Notes: generated from the letters alone by a model not told the origin. Positions 23,590 to 36,700 are shown, counted from the first letter of the stretch. The stretch is 64,000 nt of DNA from Neoechinorhynchus agilis (GCA_051530055.1 CM121341.1:7914784-7978783); one strand, 5' to 3'. Numbers and translations: made by a program.

Positions 23590-24135
23590 AAAACCTGTCA
23601 CGGTTTCTCCATGGCGGCAGGGAAAACCGCTTTTATGGGATGCGACTTCAAAAAAGAGCCCCGGACGTTCAGCGGTCGTAGCTGAGGAACGAAAGCGTTC
23701 AAAATGGAGCCTTGGGACCGTCAGCGCTCACTCTCCTCGACGATTTGGGACGAAGAGGATGACGGGGGAACCGCGCTCGAGAGTTGACGATCGCAATTTT
23801 TAAAAACCCGATAAAAGCTAAAGTAGAAACGTTCATCGATGCATTTGTTGATTGCATTTGATCTTTGGCAAAACAACCCAAACTAATAATCGACGAAAAG
23901 TGCAATACTCTCAGAAACTTTATTAATAAAATGCATTTTCTTACTAAATTCGATATTTGAACTTGTTAGGAAGATAGGAGGGTTTGTAGGTCTGATAAAG
24001 TCTTCAAACGAATAGTAACAAATCTCGAATAGAAATAGGAGAGAACTTCCTGCCACAAAAAAACGGCTTTTAATGGTGCCAAATCGAGACACTCGAAGGA
24101 ACGCTGCCAGTATACTGGCAACGTCAAGAAGTTCA
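23590..24135 (+). mobile_element. Two further CRE-like endonuclease-domain fragments (about 23590-23800 and 24095-24135)
   Basis: PWRQGKPLLWDAT..PGRSAVVAEERKRSK, GALGPSALTLLDDLGRR, TGEPR; RRNAASILAT. Confidence 0.65.
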
Positions 24136-25695
24136 CAGGAATAAATTGTAATCGTTGTAAAAAAAAGTTACTTAAAATATATTTTCTTTGGGAAATAAGC
24201 GAACTTCACATAGATGAGTTTTTTCAAAAATCCTCTTTATCTAAAAAAATCGATTGTAGCCAGATTATCTCTTAAGATTAGATTGCAACCCTACAGACGT
24301 TTTCATAAACGTCGCGGCTCTTCGAAGAAGACGTTGCGTTCACATCAGACCTCAAATCATGGGCTAAAGTTGAATCAAAACGATCTAATTATAAACGGCG
24401 AGTGTAAGTGTATTTTCCTGGAAAGCTTTCATCGAAATCTCGAAAGGAGCTTACAAAGATCGATAATTTTGTTAGTTTCATCAATTAATTCCGGTTGATG
24501 TACTTGTCTTCAAAACAATTGAAGTGCAAACAATCGGAATAAGTGATTTGATAGCCCAAAACGAGCTTCCATATCTCTTTTCCAAAGTCAATAAGATTGA
24601 TTCTTCATAACAATGACAGTCGCAATACAAGTCAAAAAACGGGAAGAGACAAGTATGAAATTTGTCTTACATTTTCGTTGTCATTTAGAAGAAAAACGCT
24701 ATACATTCTCCAAACGACAAATAACTACCCTGTTTATAAGAATGACATCGTTCCTTAAATTATCACAATTTCGAAGCGATTTGTTGACACTACAATCAGA
24801 CGTCCATTAAATGACTCGAGAAACAATGAAGTTTTAAGATATCAATGCGATATCGTCTACAGGTATTGTTTTGCCTTCGTGGGGTTTTCTCTGGCTTGAC
24901 GGTAAGATGATATTTGTGATGTTGTCGGGGATAAAATATCTAGACAGCCTAAACAAGATTGCGGCAATCATCTTCAAGCTGATATCTACAGGTATCACGA
25001 CACCGATCAATTATGTGCTCAGAATCAGTTCTGGGCCATCGTTCGATGTCTAAAATTGTCTAAAAGATTGGCACCCTAGAGAATATAATGTAGTTCCACT
25101 ACTGACTACCTAGACATTCACCCCTTCAAATCTGTCTCTGAAGAATGAATTCTAATCTACTGAGAAATTCTTAGCGATGAAGAACATTAATGATCTAATC
25201 TCAAAAGAGTTTTTAAATAGGAACTTTCAAGAGACCTGTAAAAATGTGGTACTTTGAGAGTTACATCAAAGGCTTTTTTTCATTGCTCCTCTATATTTAC
25301 CCTCAGAAATTAGCAATCTACTTTAATATTCAATGAAAAAATTATACTTGAATACTAGATTCTGGCTCTTCGATTTGCAACTGTTCAGCTTTAAACAAAA
25401 TTTGAATAGACTGAAATCCGTAATATTATTTAACTTCTTGATTGTAATCACATAAAATCTGTATGAACTATCAGCGATGGATAAAGTAGCGATGTTAGAA
25501 ATCCTCTAATAAACACAAATCCTGACCGTCACGCCTTGACATTTCTCCTATGACCGATCTTTGTTTTAGAATGCCAATGAAGGGAAACGAGAACACTCTT
25601 AAATTTCTAAGCCGCGATCTTGTACATTGTGGAATCACCGATTTCATTCATATCTTGACGATTTATACCCATTTTCGATGAGACTGTGGCTCTCG

Positions 25696-26016
25696 AGTAT
25701 AACAATTTTTGGTTAGCATTGTCACCGAAGAGAAACGAGAGCATTTTTGAATTCCTAAGCCGCGATATTCTCAATTAAAGTATCATTTTCTTAGGTTTTG
25801 GAATATAAAGTATAACAATTTTTGGTTAGCATTGTCACCGAAGAGAAACGAGAGCATTTTTGAATTCCTAAGCCGCGATATTCTCAATTAAAGTATCATT
25901 TTCTTAGGTTTTGGAATATAAAGTATAACAATTTTTGGTTAGCATTGTCACCGAAGAGAAACGAGAGCATTTTTGAATTCCTAAGCCGCGATATTCTCAA
26001 TTAAAGTATCATTTTC
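25696..26016. repeat. Tandem repeat, 113-bp unit, about 3 copies
   Basis: agtataacaatt at 25696, 25809, 25922. Confidence 0.9.
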
Positions 26017-26092
26017 TATTGTTGAATAATTGAAGGAATTTGATTGAATCCGATTGTTTAAAAGAACTTGTTCATATCTATTTATGTGTGTG

Positions 26093-26311
26093 TGTTCTTT
26101 TCTGATGACAGAATAATAGATATCGATTTATTAATTCCCATTAAATTTGTTCCGTCTCGTCGGACTTCTTTAGGTTGTTTCGCAAGTTATTAAAGACACG
26201 ATCAACATATTTCAAAACTTGCGAAACAACCTGAAGAAGTCCGACGAGACGGACCAAATTTAATGGGAATTAATAAATCGATATCTATTATTCTGTCATC
26301 AGAAAAGAGCA
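26093..26311. mobile_element. Foldback element, family B (about 97-bp arms, about 27-nt loop)
   Basis: Arms 26093-26189 and 26216-26311 with few mismatches; contains CTGAAGA-A-GTCC..GGAC-CAAA (mutated core); homologous to 41213-41380. Confidence 0.8.
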
Positions 26312-26841
26312 TCAATAATCCGATTGTTTTCGAAGGCCCAATGATGTTTTCAGCAATGGGATTTAAAAAGAGACATCCTTGAATTATTCCTCGGTGAACA
26401 AAAATAATTCAATCGTTTTATAGAAAAATTAAAGTACGTTTTATTTAGTGTTATTGTGTGAGAAATAGAATTTGAGCAGCATATTTCGAAGAAAAGACCT
26501 CGGGAGTTCTACTAGAGTACGCCACGAATCTATCGTCTCTCGGTACAACTGGTGGTGGTGGTATTTGGTATATGTCTGCGACGATGACAGTCAAAAATAC
26601 GCATCGAAGCAAGATTCGTTTCTGAGCCTCCCTAGTCTCTTAGCACCATTGTCGCTTTCAGCACTAGCGTGTCAGAAATCGTTTTTCCAACAAAAGGAGA
26701 AGAAGGAGGCGGTGGTAGGTATAGTGAGTCAGTCTGTGGAATACATTATCACTACAAGTGGCAATTTAGAATATACACCTGGTTCACATTGTGTCCTGAA
26801 ATCACCTACTTTCGCTTAGGAAAGTCCTTTTGTAAACGAAA

Positions 26842-27646
26842 ATGCCGAAAAGCAAAGGTCAAATCACGGAAAAGGAACTCCCTTCAACCACCGAGTCGTC
26901 ATCGGTATCAATCGAATCACATCCATTACCCCTACCTGCTGGAGTCTATGAAGTTGAACGGATAATTAAACATCGATACCGAAACGGAAAACTACAGTTT
27001 CATGTGAAATGGAAAGGATGGAGTGCTTCCCACAATACTTGGGAGCCGGATGAAAATATTTTCTGCAGGCATATGATCGATTCCTATCGAGAAAAACTCG
27101 AACGAAAAGGTTAGACTTGTTTTTCTCTCCATAATGATCTATATTCACTGATCAATAGGGAAAACTCTGTATCGACAAAACGGACGAGGACGTCCTCCTT
27201 TATTTCGAAAGACGGAAAATGCCACCAGACGCTCCACACGTCTCAACGCACAACAGCCAATGAAACGTCCATTAGATCCTTTTGTGGACGACGATGAAGA
27301 CGACGATGACACCAGTGCTACCGATGCCGATTTCCAATCACCGACTTCGAGTAGTCTATCGGACGAAACGACTACAAGTCCACCAGTCTCGGAATCCATT
27401 CAAGAACCAAATGAGGAAAAGTCAATAAGATCGTCATTACGCGAACCACCACCTCTTAAGATGAGTAAATCACAACTTCAAATGCGATCTCGGGGTCGAC
27501 CTTCTCTGGCTCAGAAACGAAAAGAAAGTATTATCAATTGTTATACGGAGAAACTATTACCTTTAATCAAAATAACCGATATAACCGTCAATGGAAGTAC
27601 TTGTACGTTTATCGAGTGCAAAAAGCGAGAAGGATTCATTGAATGA
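26842..27646 (+). CDS. Polycomb/CBX-like protein 3: chromodomain + two AT-hook-like motifs + Pc box, one intron
   Basis: VYEVERII..FHVKWKGWSASHNTWEPDENI; 49-nt intron 27110-27158 restores frame (KG-KTLYRQNGRGRPP); RSRGRPSL; IKITDITVNGSTCTFIECKKREGFIE. Confidence 0.9.
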
Positions 27647-28048
27647 ATTTTGAACAAATGAAAGTGTATGACAATAACTTTGTTCTTAGTGCAAAATGAA
27701 GGAAAATTAGTGGTTTCTGAAGCTGATTGCGTGAAACCGTCCTCTAAAAAGCACAAATGCCATATTTTCGTCTTTTATCAACTGAAGCTTTTACAGAAAC
27801 CGTGAGCTCGGTTCATCCTTCTCGATAATAAATTGCTTTCTAGAGTACCATTTCTTAATTCCTGTAAAATAGAGCAAAAACTGAGATTCACAGAATTACT
27901 CGCTTTCATTGTCTCGTACAATTTTTTTTGCTTTAATAAAATATTCAGAATGCTTCAATATGAAATCACCATCCTTTTAATCAGACATTTTAAAACACTG
28001 ATTTTTGAGCTGATTGAAGGCCTCTTTATTGTGTATCCTCATGTATAT

Positions 28049-28333
28049 GGTTTTTGATTTTTTAGACGTTGAGGGACACACAATCTTTTATTGAATCCGA
28101 TATATCGGCGCCTCACGCCTTCTTCAGGTTCCTTGATACTCTAAAACACACAAAGGGAGTTCACAAGAGGTCCATGCTCCCTGTCAATTTGGGATTATCT
28201 CGTTCGAAACACATCTCCGAAGAAATATAACCTTTTGTTCACTTTCGAACGAGATAATCCCAAATTGACAGGGAGCATCGGATTCAATAAAAGATTGTGT
28301 GTGTGTCCCTCAACGTCTAAAAAATCAAAAACC
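28049..28333. mobile_element. Nested foldback: outer arms of about 52 bp and an inner 36-bp hairpin
   Basis: Outer 28049-28100 / 28277-28333; inner atgctccctgtcaatttgggattatctcgttcgaaa 28174-28209 / 28243-28278. Confidence 0.8.
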
Positions 28334-29162
28334 ACTGATTTTTGAGATCGATTTGGGAATGACAGTTACTGTTAAGAACAATAACGACACTCTATGCTGC
28401 AAAAAGGAAATTGGTTAAATTCGATATTTCGGAAGCACATTTGCTTAAAAAAACTTTAAGCAACCTTGATAAAAGCGTACGAGATTGTGCCTCGCCGAAA
28501 ACAATCAGATTTAACCAAAAATCCTTAATAGATTTTGACAACTTGTAGATCCAATTGCTTAGACGTTGTCACGTTCCGCTCAAAAATAAACTCTTCAATA
28601 TTTAATACTTAACAATTTGGTTGTTTTCTGGCGAAGAAATTAAAATCATTTTAATTTCTTCGCCAGAATGCAACCAATTAAGAACAATTAAATCTTCAAA
28701 CACAAGTTTGTTGTTTAGTGCAATCCGCAAGATCAATTTTTGTTTTCCCCGTTTTTATTCACTCGCAAGCACTTCAAACACTTTGGCGAAAATTATAAAC
28801 AGTCCAACGAATGCAATCAATATATTGAAAAAGACAATATCGTTGCTTTCACGTCTCGTCCACGCCGCCACCAGGCAATTATTAAAAAAAGAACGCAAAA
28901 TAAGCTACGTATGCAAACTTAGCCATTAGACCAAGTTTCGAATCGATTTGGAACAAGATTAGATAAAGCACCAACGCGGCTGCAAGAACAAATCACCAAA
29001 TAGTACATTACTTGAAGCCTTCCACAAATACATTGACGATCCGACTACCAAGTGAAGGGCCTTGCTAATGAACAAACGAAAAAGAGCGCCCTCATCAGTA
29101 TAACTTTAGATAATTTAATTTGACAAATACGACCATTGCACAGCCTCACACATCTTTAATTA

Positions 29163-30482
29163 CTACCTAATTAAGACGGACGAAGATCTTTAATTGGAAT
29201 TAAATTGGTCCATCGGGACGGTCCGAAAATTTGAGCTCAGATTCTCGATATGACTATCAGAGTTTCTTGAGTTCTTCGTGTCGGAATGTCCATTGAAACA
29301 ATTTTAAAGAATTTCTTAATTTCTACCTAATTAAGACGGACGAAGATCTTTAATTGGAATTAAATTGGTCAATCGGGACGGTCCGAAAATATGAGCTCAG
29401 ATTCTCGATATGACTATCAGAGTTTCTTGAGTTCTTCGTGTCGGAATGTCCATTTAAACAATTTTAAAGAATTTCTTAATTTCTACCTAATTAAGACGGA
29501 CGAAGATCTTTAATTGGAATTAAATTGGTCAATCGGGACGGTCCGAAAATTTGAGCTCAGATTCTCGATATGACTATCAGAGTTTCTTGAGTTCTTCGTG
29601 TCGGAATGTCCATTTAAACAATTTTAAAGAATTTCTTAATTTCTACCTAATTAAGACGGACGAAGATCTTTAATTGGAATTAAATTGGTCAATCGGGACG
29701 GTCCGAAAATATGAGCTCAGATTCTCGATATGACTATCAGGGTTTCTTGAGTTATCGGTCGGAATGTCCATTTAAACAATTTTAAAGAATTTCTTAATTT
29801 CTACCTAATTAAGACGGACGAAGATCTTTAATTGGAATTAAATTGGTCAATCGGGACGGTCCGAAAATATGAGCTCAGATTCTCGATATGACTATCAGGG
29901 TTTCTTGAGTTATTCGTGTCGGAATGTCCATTTAAACAATTTTAAAGAATTTCTTAATTTCTACCTAATTAAGACGGACGAAGATCTTTAATTGGAATTA
30001 AATTGGTCAATCGGGACGGTCCGAAAATATGAGCTCAGATTCTCGATATGACTATCAGGTTTCTTGAGTTATTCGGTCGAATGTCCATTGAAACAATTTT
30101 AAAGAATTTCTTAATTTCTACCTAATTAAGACGGACGAAGATCTTTAATTGGAATTAAATTGGTCAATCGGGACGGTCCGAAAATATGAGCTCAGATTCT
30201 CGATATGACTATCAGCGTTTCTTGAGTTATTCGTGTCGGAATGTCCATTGAAACAATTTTAAAGAATTTCTTAATTACTGCCTAATTAAGACGGACGAAG
30301 ATCTTTAATTGGAATTAAATTGGTCAATCGGGACGGTCCGAAAATATGAGCTCAGATTCTCGATATGACTATCAGCGTTTCTTGAGTTATTCGTGTCGCA
30401 ATGTCCATTGAAACAATTTTAAAGAATTCCTTAATTACTGCCTAATTAAGACGGACGAAGATCTTTAATTGGAATTAAATTA
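29163..30482. repeat. Tandem array, 160-bp unit, about 8 copies
   Basis: ctacctaattaagacggacgaagatc at 29163, 29323, 29483, 29643 and onward. Confidence 0.97.
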
Positions 30483-30609
30483 GCAGGACGGACCAAAATG
30501 AGCCATTGAAAACGACGAACACTTGGAGCCGGAATCCTTGTATGGAAGAGATAAAAAACGAAAGAACGATTTGTATCATTGGTAGGAGATAATTCTGGTA
30601 AACTCACGG

Positions 30610-31347
30610 ATGTCTTCAATACCATTAAATTCGTTTTTGCAGAATGGGGACGTTACAGCCAATAAGAGTGAGGATATTTTAAGCTTCGAAGATTCGTCCA
30701 GTTATTTGATATTGGTCCGGCATGCCCAATCGGAATACAATGAATCTAATCGATGGACTGGTTGGCACGATCCACCTTTAACTGAAACTGGCCGTCTAAT
30801 GAGTTACAGTGCAGGGAAAGCATTTGCGAAACTCGGACTGCGTCGGGCTGACTCCATCTACACGAGCCAACTGAAAAGAACGATTCAAACATCTCATTGG
30901 TTTTGTTCTGCTCTTGATTTGCTATGGCTTCCGACGTTCAGTTGTTCTCAATTTAATGAACGAGCGCTTGGATCGCTTCAAGGGACCTTCTACGAGGAAA
31001 TGGACGACGAAGCTCTACCGAAAGAGAGATTAAATGATGATCCTAACAAGAACCTTTATCCTGGTTTCGTGGATCTCAATTCCCCAAATGGACTCAGTGA
31101 GTCTAATGATGAGTTTGAGAAACGGGTCGCCTATGGCCTATCAGAGTTTGTGATTCCTGATCTCGTTCAAGGTCGTAATGTCATTCTATTTGGTCATAGT
31201 TGTACCATCCGGAGTATTTGTCGCCTATTCTGTGTGGATCAGGAAGGTTTAAAGAAGATTGGGAACTGCGATTTCATTTTGCTTTGGTTCCGCAAAGGTT
31301 CTATGCGTCCGGGTAAAGTTTTAATTGCTATGGTAGGCGAGGAATGA
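30610..31347 (+). CDS. Histidine phosphatase, cofactor-dependent phosphoglycerate mutase (dPGM/BPGM)-like, divergent
   Basis: ILVRHAQSEYNESNRWTGWHDPPLTETG, YTSQLKRTIQT, FNERALGSLQG, GRNVILFGHS. Confidence 0.85.
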   Translation: MSSIPLNSFLQNGDVTANKSEDILSFEDSSSYLILVRHAQSEYNESNRWTGWHDPPLTETGRLMSYSAGKAFAKLGLRRADSIYTSQLKRTIQTSHWFCSALDLLWLPTFSCSQFNERALGSLQGTFYEEMDDEALPKERLNDDPNKNLYPGFVDLNSPNGLSESNDEFEKRVAYGLSEFVIPDLVQGRNVILFGHSCTIRSICRLFCVDQEGLKKIGNCDFILLWFRKGSMRPGKVLIAMVGEE

Positions 31348-31749
31348 TGTTCACGGCGAGATCGTGCAAACGTTTTATTCAACAAGTGTCTTTGCGAGGA
31401 AAAAGGTTCCGAATCTCGTTTGTGGGTGTGGCATTGCTATTTAAGAATCCAGGATCAGAGAATAGTCCTTTAATGCATCCTTGCAGATATTTTTGACAAA
31501 TACATCTTCGTAATCAAGTTGTCCGCTGTTATCCATCGCTAAAAATGAAACTTCAATCGGAAGTTGGATTCAAAAATGGGCCAATACAAACGATCACAAA
31601 ATCATTTTGGTGCAATGACCGAAAATAACAACTGATCTAAATCGCTCTTTGTAGAATTCGACTTTCTAATCACCGATATTAAAAGTCAAAAATAACTACC
31701 ATTTGTTCAGAACTTTCAAGAGAAAGGTAAGTTTTTTGAAGGTTCATAA

Positions 31750-32960
31750 AAACTTACTACCAAAGCCTTTTATGCGGATCAATGATTCCGAGATCATTGT
31801 TGCAATAAAGATAATTTTCACAACCAATATAATTTAGATCAAGACGACTTTAAAAGTGTCCAGGAAAAGGAACCTCTTGTTTGTTGTTTCACAAACAAAC
31901 GTTCAATGAGGAGCATTTTCTATAAACTTACTACAAAAGCCTTTTATGCGGATCAATGATTCCGAGATCATTGTTGCGATAAAGATAATTTTCATAACCA
32001 ATATAATTTAGATCAAGACGACTTTAAAAGTGTCCAGGAAAAGGAACCTCTTGTTTGTTGTTTCACAAACAAACGTTCAATGAGGAGCATTTTCTATAAA
32101 CTTACTACAAAAGCCTTTTATGCGGATCAATGATTCCGAGATCATTGTTGCGATAAAGATAATTTTCACAACCAATATAATTTAGATCAAGACGACTTTA
32201 AAAGTGTCCAGGAAAAGGAACCTCTTGTTTGTTGTTTCACAAACAAACGTTCAATTAGGAGCATTTTCTATAAACTTACTACAAAAGCCTTTTATGCGGA
32301 TCAATGATTCCGAGATCATTGTTGCGATAAAGATAATTTTCACAACCAATATAATTTAGATCAAGACGACTTTAAAAGTGTCCAGGAAAAGGAACCTCTT
32401 GTTTGTTGTTTCACAAACAAACGTTCAATTAGGAGCATTTTCTATAAACTTACTACAAAAGCCTTTTATGCGGATCAATGATTCCGAGATCATTGTTGCG
32501 ATAAAGATAATTTTCACAACCAATATAATTTAGATCAAGACGACTTTAAAAGTGTCCAGGAAAAGGAACCTCTTGTTTGTTGTTTCACAAACAAACGTTC
32601 AATAAGGAGCATTTTCTATAAACTTACTACCAAAGCCTTTTATGCGGATCAATGATTCCGAGATCATTGTTGCGATAAAGATAATTTTCACAACCAATAT
32701 AATTTAGATCAAGACGACTTTAAAAGTGTCCAGGAAAAGGAACCTCTTGTTTGTTGTTTCACAAACAAACGTTCAATGAGGAGCATTTTCTATAAACTTA
32801 CTACAAAAGCCTTTTATGCGGATCAATGATTCCGAGATCATTGTTGCGATAAAGATAATTTTCACAACCAATATAATTTAGATCAAGACGACTTTAAAAG
32901 TGTCCAGGAAAAGGAACCTCTTGTTTGTTGTTTCACAAACAAACGTTCAATAAGGAGCAC
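31750..32960. repeat. Tandem array, 174-bp unit, 7 copies
   Basis: acttactac at 31752, 31926, 32100, 32274 and onward. Confidence 0.97.
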
Positions 32961-33165
32961 TTCATTATATTCGACGTACAAAGTCGTCATAGAAGAGATC
33001 CGAATATTTTGGATATCGATTACGGACTTCAATGGTTCAATGGGTAAAATAAAAGGATATTAGTCACGCTCGTATTTATATCTGTCATATCCAAGACATT
33101 TTAATTTGCGTATTGTGGAGACCAAAATGCAATAACCAAGTCGAGGGAAAAGGAAACGCACTTAC

Positions 33166-33945
33166 CAGTTGGAGCATTCTTTAATGAAGGCGACACAAGA
33201 CAAGCCATATTATTATCAAGATGATTGAGTTGATCAACCGAAAGTTCTCTGCATCTAATAACTGAATGTTCATTCATTTCCACGCTCTGTTCACGAAGCG
33301 AAACTAAATGGATCATCGTCACTTTAATGGCTATTCAAAAAGACAAGAGGTATTTTATAAATATTTATGGATTCTAAATGATGTTTCTCATGAATTTGTA
33401 TAATTTAAGATTGGCTAATGGCCGCTCCCCTTCAAAATACCTTCCTTGTTTTCCATGGTTGAGGAGGGTAAGAATGAAGATGAAAGTTCCATTGGAACAG
33501 AAGCTTGGAGAAGAGTAGAGAATCGTTTGAGGTCTTCGTTGGTGACAGCTTCTTGTCTTTGTCCTTCATTGGTTATGACTCTCCGTAATTCAAATCCACC
33601 ATTGCTTGAAGCTCTTACTTCAAGTCTTGGGTCATCGCCGATGAAATAAACGATACGAGCCTTTCTATTGGCTTCTGCGAAAGTGAGACCTTTACGTTTC
33701 TGATTAAAAGAATTATCCATTTGTAGATCAGTAGACTTTTTTAACAGCAGAAATGGTGCCACATCGTAAAGTTTCGACGAGCTTTGTTTCGAGTTGGCAC
33801 AATCGTGATGGTGTTCTTTAAAAGGTTTACTCCGTTTGCATTGTCGTACTCGACGGCACGATTTCCTTTGTCGCTCCCTGTTCCCAGCATTTGGATTGAA
33901 ACAAGTTTGGAGGAGTTTTGAAATACTCCTTCGCAGTGAATGCAT
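33166..33945 (-). CDS. Hypothetical multi-exon protein, no family recognised; downstream exons unresolved
   Basis: The 176-aa ORF has a phase-1 donor (GAA G/gtattt near 33450) that joins in frame to an exon at about 33330-33166, which ends in a G/gtaagt donor. Confidence 0.5.
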
Positions 33946-34179
33946 CTACGATTTGAAGTGGTGGAAGATGCTTTTGAAACGATTTTGGTCATCGAGAAAT
34001 TCTTCATTTATGCAGGAAAAAAAGAAACCAACTGAGAAGACAGTATTTGTGCGCCAACGTTGATGCTGCTGCATGCTACCGAACAAGGAGGGCAGGGCTT
34101 AACGATGTTGTAGTAATTCACGTTTCCGATTGCATCAGAACTTTATATACGAGTGATATGCCCCATGAGATTTTTTTTG

Positions 34180-36700
34180 AATATTATTAGACCTAAAGTA
34201 TCCAACTAACTACAAAAAAACCCATTCATTTTTTAGATTTTTGTTCGCAATATTCGCTGATTTTCAATAACAAATATTCCGAACATTATTAGACCTAAAG
34301 TATCCATCTAACTACAAAAAACCCATTCGTTTTGGAATTTTTGTTCATAATTCGCTGATTTTCAATTAGAAATATTCCGAACATTATTAGACCTAAAGTA
34401 TCCATCTAACTACAAAAAAACCCATTCTTTTTTGAGATTTTTGTTCGCAATATTCGCTGATTTTCAATAAGAAATATTCCGAACGTTATTAGACCTAAAG
34501 TATCCATCTAATACAAAAAAACCCATTCATTTTTGAGATTTTTGTTCGCAATATTCGCTGATTTTCAATAAGAAATATTCCGAACGTTATTAGATCTAAA
34601 GTATCCATCTAACTACAAAAAAACCCATTCATTTTTTAGATTTTTGTTCGCAATATTCGCTGATTTTCAATAAGAAATATTCCGAACATTATTAGACATG
34701 AAGTATCCATCTAACTACAAAAAACCCATTCATTTTTTAGATTTTTGTTCTCAATATTCGCTGATTTTCAATAAGAAATATTCCGAACATTATTAGACCT
34801 AAAATATCCATCTAACTACAAAAAACCCATTCATTTTTGAGATTTTTGTTCGCAATATTCGCTGATTTTCAATTCAAAATATTCCGAACATTTATTGAGC
34901 CTCGTCTCCAACTGCTACAAAACCCATTCATTTTTTGAGATTTTTGTTCGCAATATTCGCTGATTTTCAATTAGAAATATTCCGAACATTATTAGACCTA
35001 AAGTATCCATCTAACTACAAAAAACCCATTCATTTTTGAGATTTTGGTTCGCAATATTCGCTGATTTTCAGTCAAATATTCGGACATATTAGAACTAAAG
35101 TATCCATCTAACTACAAAAAACCCATTCATTTTTGAGATTTTTGTTCGCAATATTCGCTGATTTTCAATAAGAAATATTCCGAACATTATTAGACCTAAA
35201 TATCCATCTAACTACAAAAAACCCATTCATTTTTTAGATTTTTGTTCGCAATATACGCTGATTTTCAATAAGAAATATTCCGAGCATTATTAGACCTAAA
35301 GTATCCATCTAACTACAAAAAAACCCATTCATTTTTGAGATTTTTGTTCGCAATATTCGCTGATTTTCAATAAGAAATATTCAATTATTAGACCTATAGT
35401 ATCCATCTAACTACAAAACCCGGGTATAATTTTTGAATTTTTGTTCGCAATATTCGCTGATTTTTCAATAAAAATATTCCGAACGTTATTAGACCTAAAG
35501 TATCCATCTAACTACAAAAAAACCCATTCATTTTTGAGATTTTGTTCAATATGTCCATGATTTTTCAATAAGAAATATTCCGAGCGTTATTAGACCTAAA
35601 GTATCAACTAACCCTTTACAAAAAAAAACACATTCATTTTTTAGATTTTTGTTCGCAATATTCCGCTGATTTTCAATAAGAAATATTCCGAGCATTGTTA
35701 GACCTAAAATATACATCTAACTACAAAAAACCCATTCGTTTTTGAGATTTTGGTTCGCAATATTCGCTGATTTTCAATTAGAAATATTCCGAACATTATT
35801 AGACCTAAAGTATCCATCTAACTACAAAAAAACCCATTCATTTTTGAGATTTTTGTTCGCAATATTCGCTGATTTTCAATAAGAAATATTCCGAACGTTA
35901 TTAGACATAAAGTATCCAACTAACTACAAAAAAACCCATTCATTTTTTAGATTTTTGTTCGCAATATTCGCTGATTTTCAATAAGAAATATTCCGAGCAT
36001 TGTTAGACCTAAAATATACATCTAACTACAAAAAACCCATTCGTTTTTGAGATTTTTGTTCGCAATATTCGCTGATTTTCAATTAGAAATATTCCGAACA
36101 TTATTAGACCTAAAGTATCCATCTAACTACTAGCTTATTCATTTTTTGAGATTTTTGTTCGCAATATTCGCTGATTTTCAATTAGAAATATTCCGAACAT
36201 TATTAGACCTAAAGTATCCATCTAACTACAAAAAACCCATTCGTTTTTGAGATTTTGGTTCGCAATATTCGCTGATTTTCAATTAGAAATATTCTGAACA
36301 TTATTAGACCTAAAGTATCCATCTAACTACAAAAAAACCCATTCTTTTTTGAGATTTTTGTTCGCAATATTCGCTGATTTTCAATAAGAAATATTCCGAA
36401 CGTTATTAGACCCTAAAGTATCCATCTAACTACAAAAAACCCATTCATTTTTTAGATTTTTTGTTCGCAATATTCGCTGATTTTCAATAAGAAATATTCC
36501 GAACATTATTAGACCTAAAATATCCATCTAACTACAAAAAAACCCATTCATTTTTTAGATTTTTGTTCGCAATATTCGCTGATTTTCAATAAGAAATATT
36601 CCGAGCATTATTAGACTTAAAGTATCCATCTAACTACAAAAAAACCCATTCATTTTTGAGATTTTGGTTCTCAATATTCGCAGATTTTCAATAAGAAATA
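34180..36700. repeat. Tandem array, about 102-bp unit, about 25 copies
   Basis: Unit attattagacctaaagtatccatctaactacaaaaaaacccattc...gaaatattccgaac; copies at 34880-35650 are noisier. Confidence 0.97.

Noticed and set aside
25060-25560. Possible very old RT remnant (SKAF-like)
   Set aside because: Too degenerate to support by eye.
34880-35650. Locally divergent array copies as a higher-order structure
   Set aside because: Scattered indels look more like uncorrected long-read error than biology.
34180-36700. Hammerhead remnants in the 102-bp unit (CTGATTT...GAAATATT) and the 236-bp unit (CTGATGA...GATA)
   Set aside because: Core is incomplete in every copy examined; ancestry possible but unsupported.
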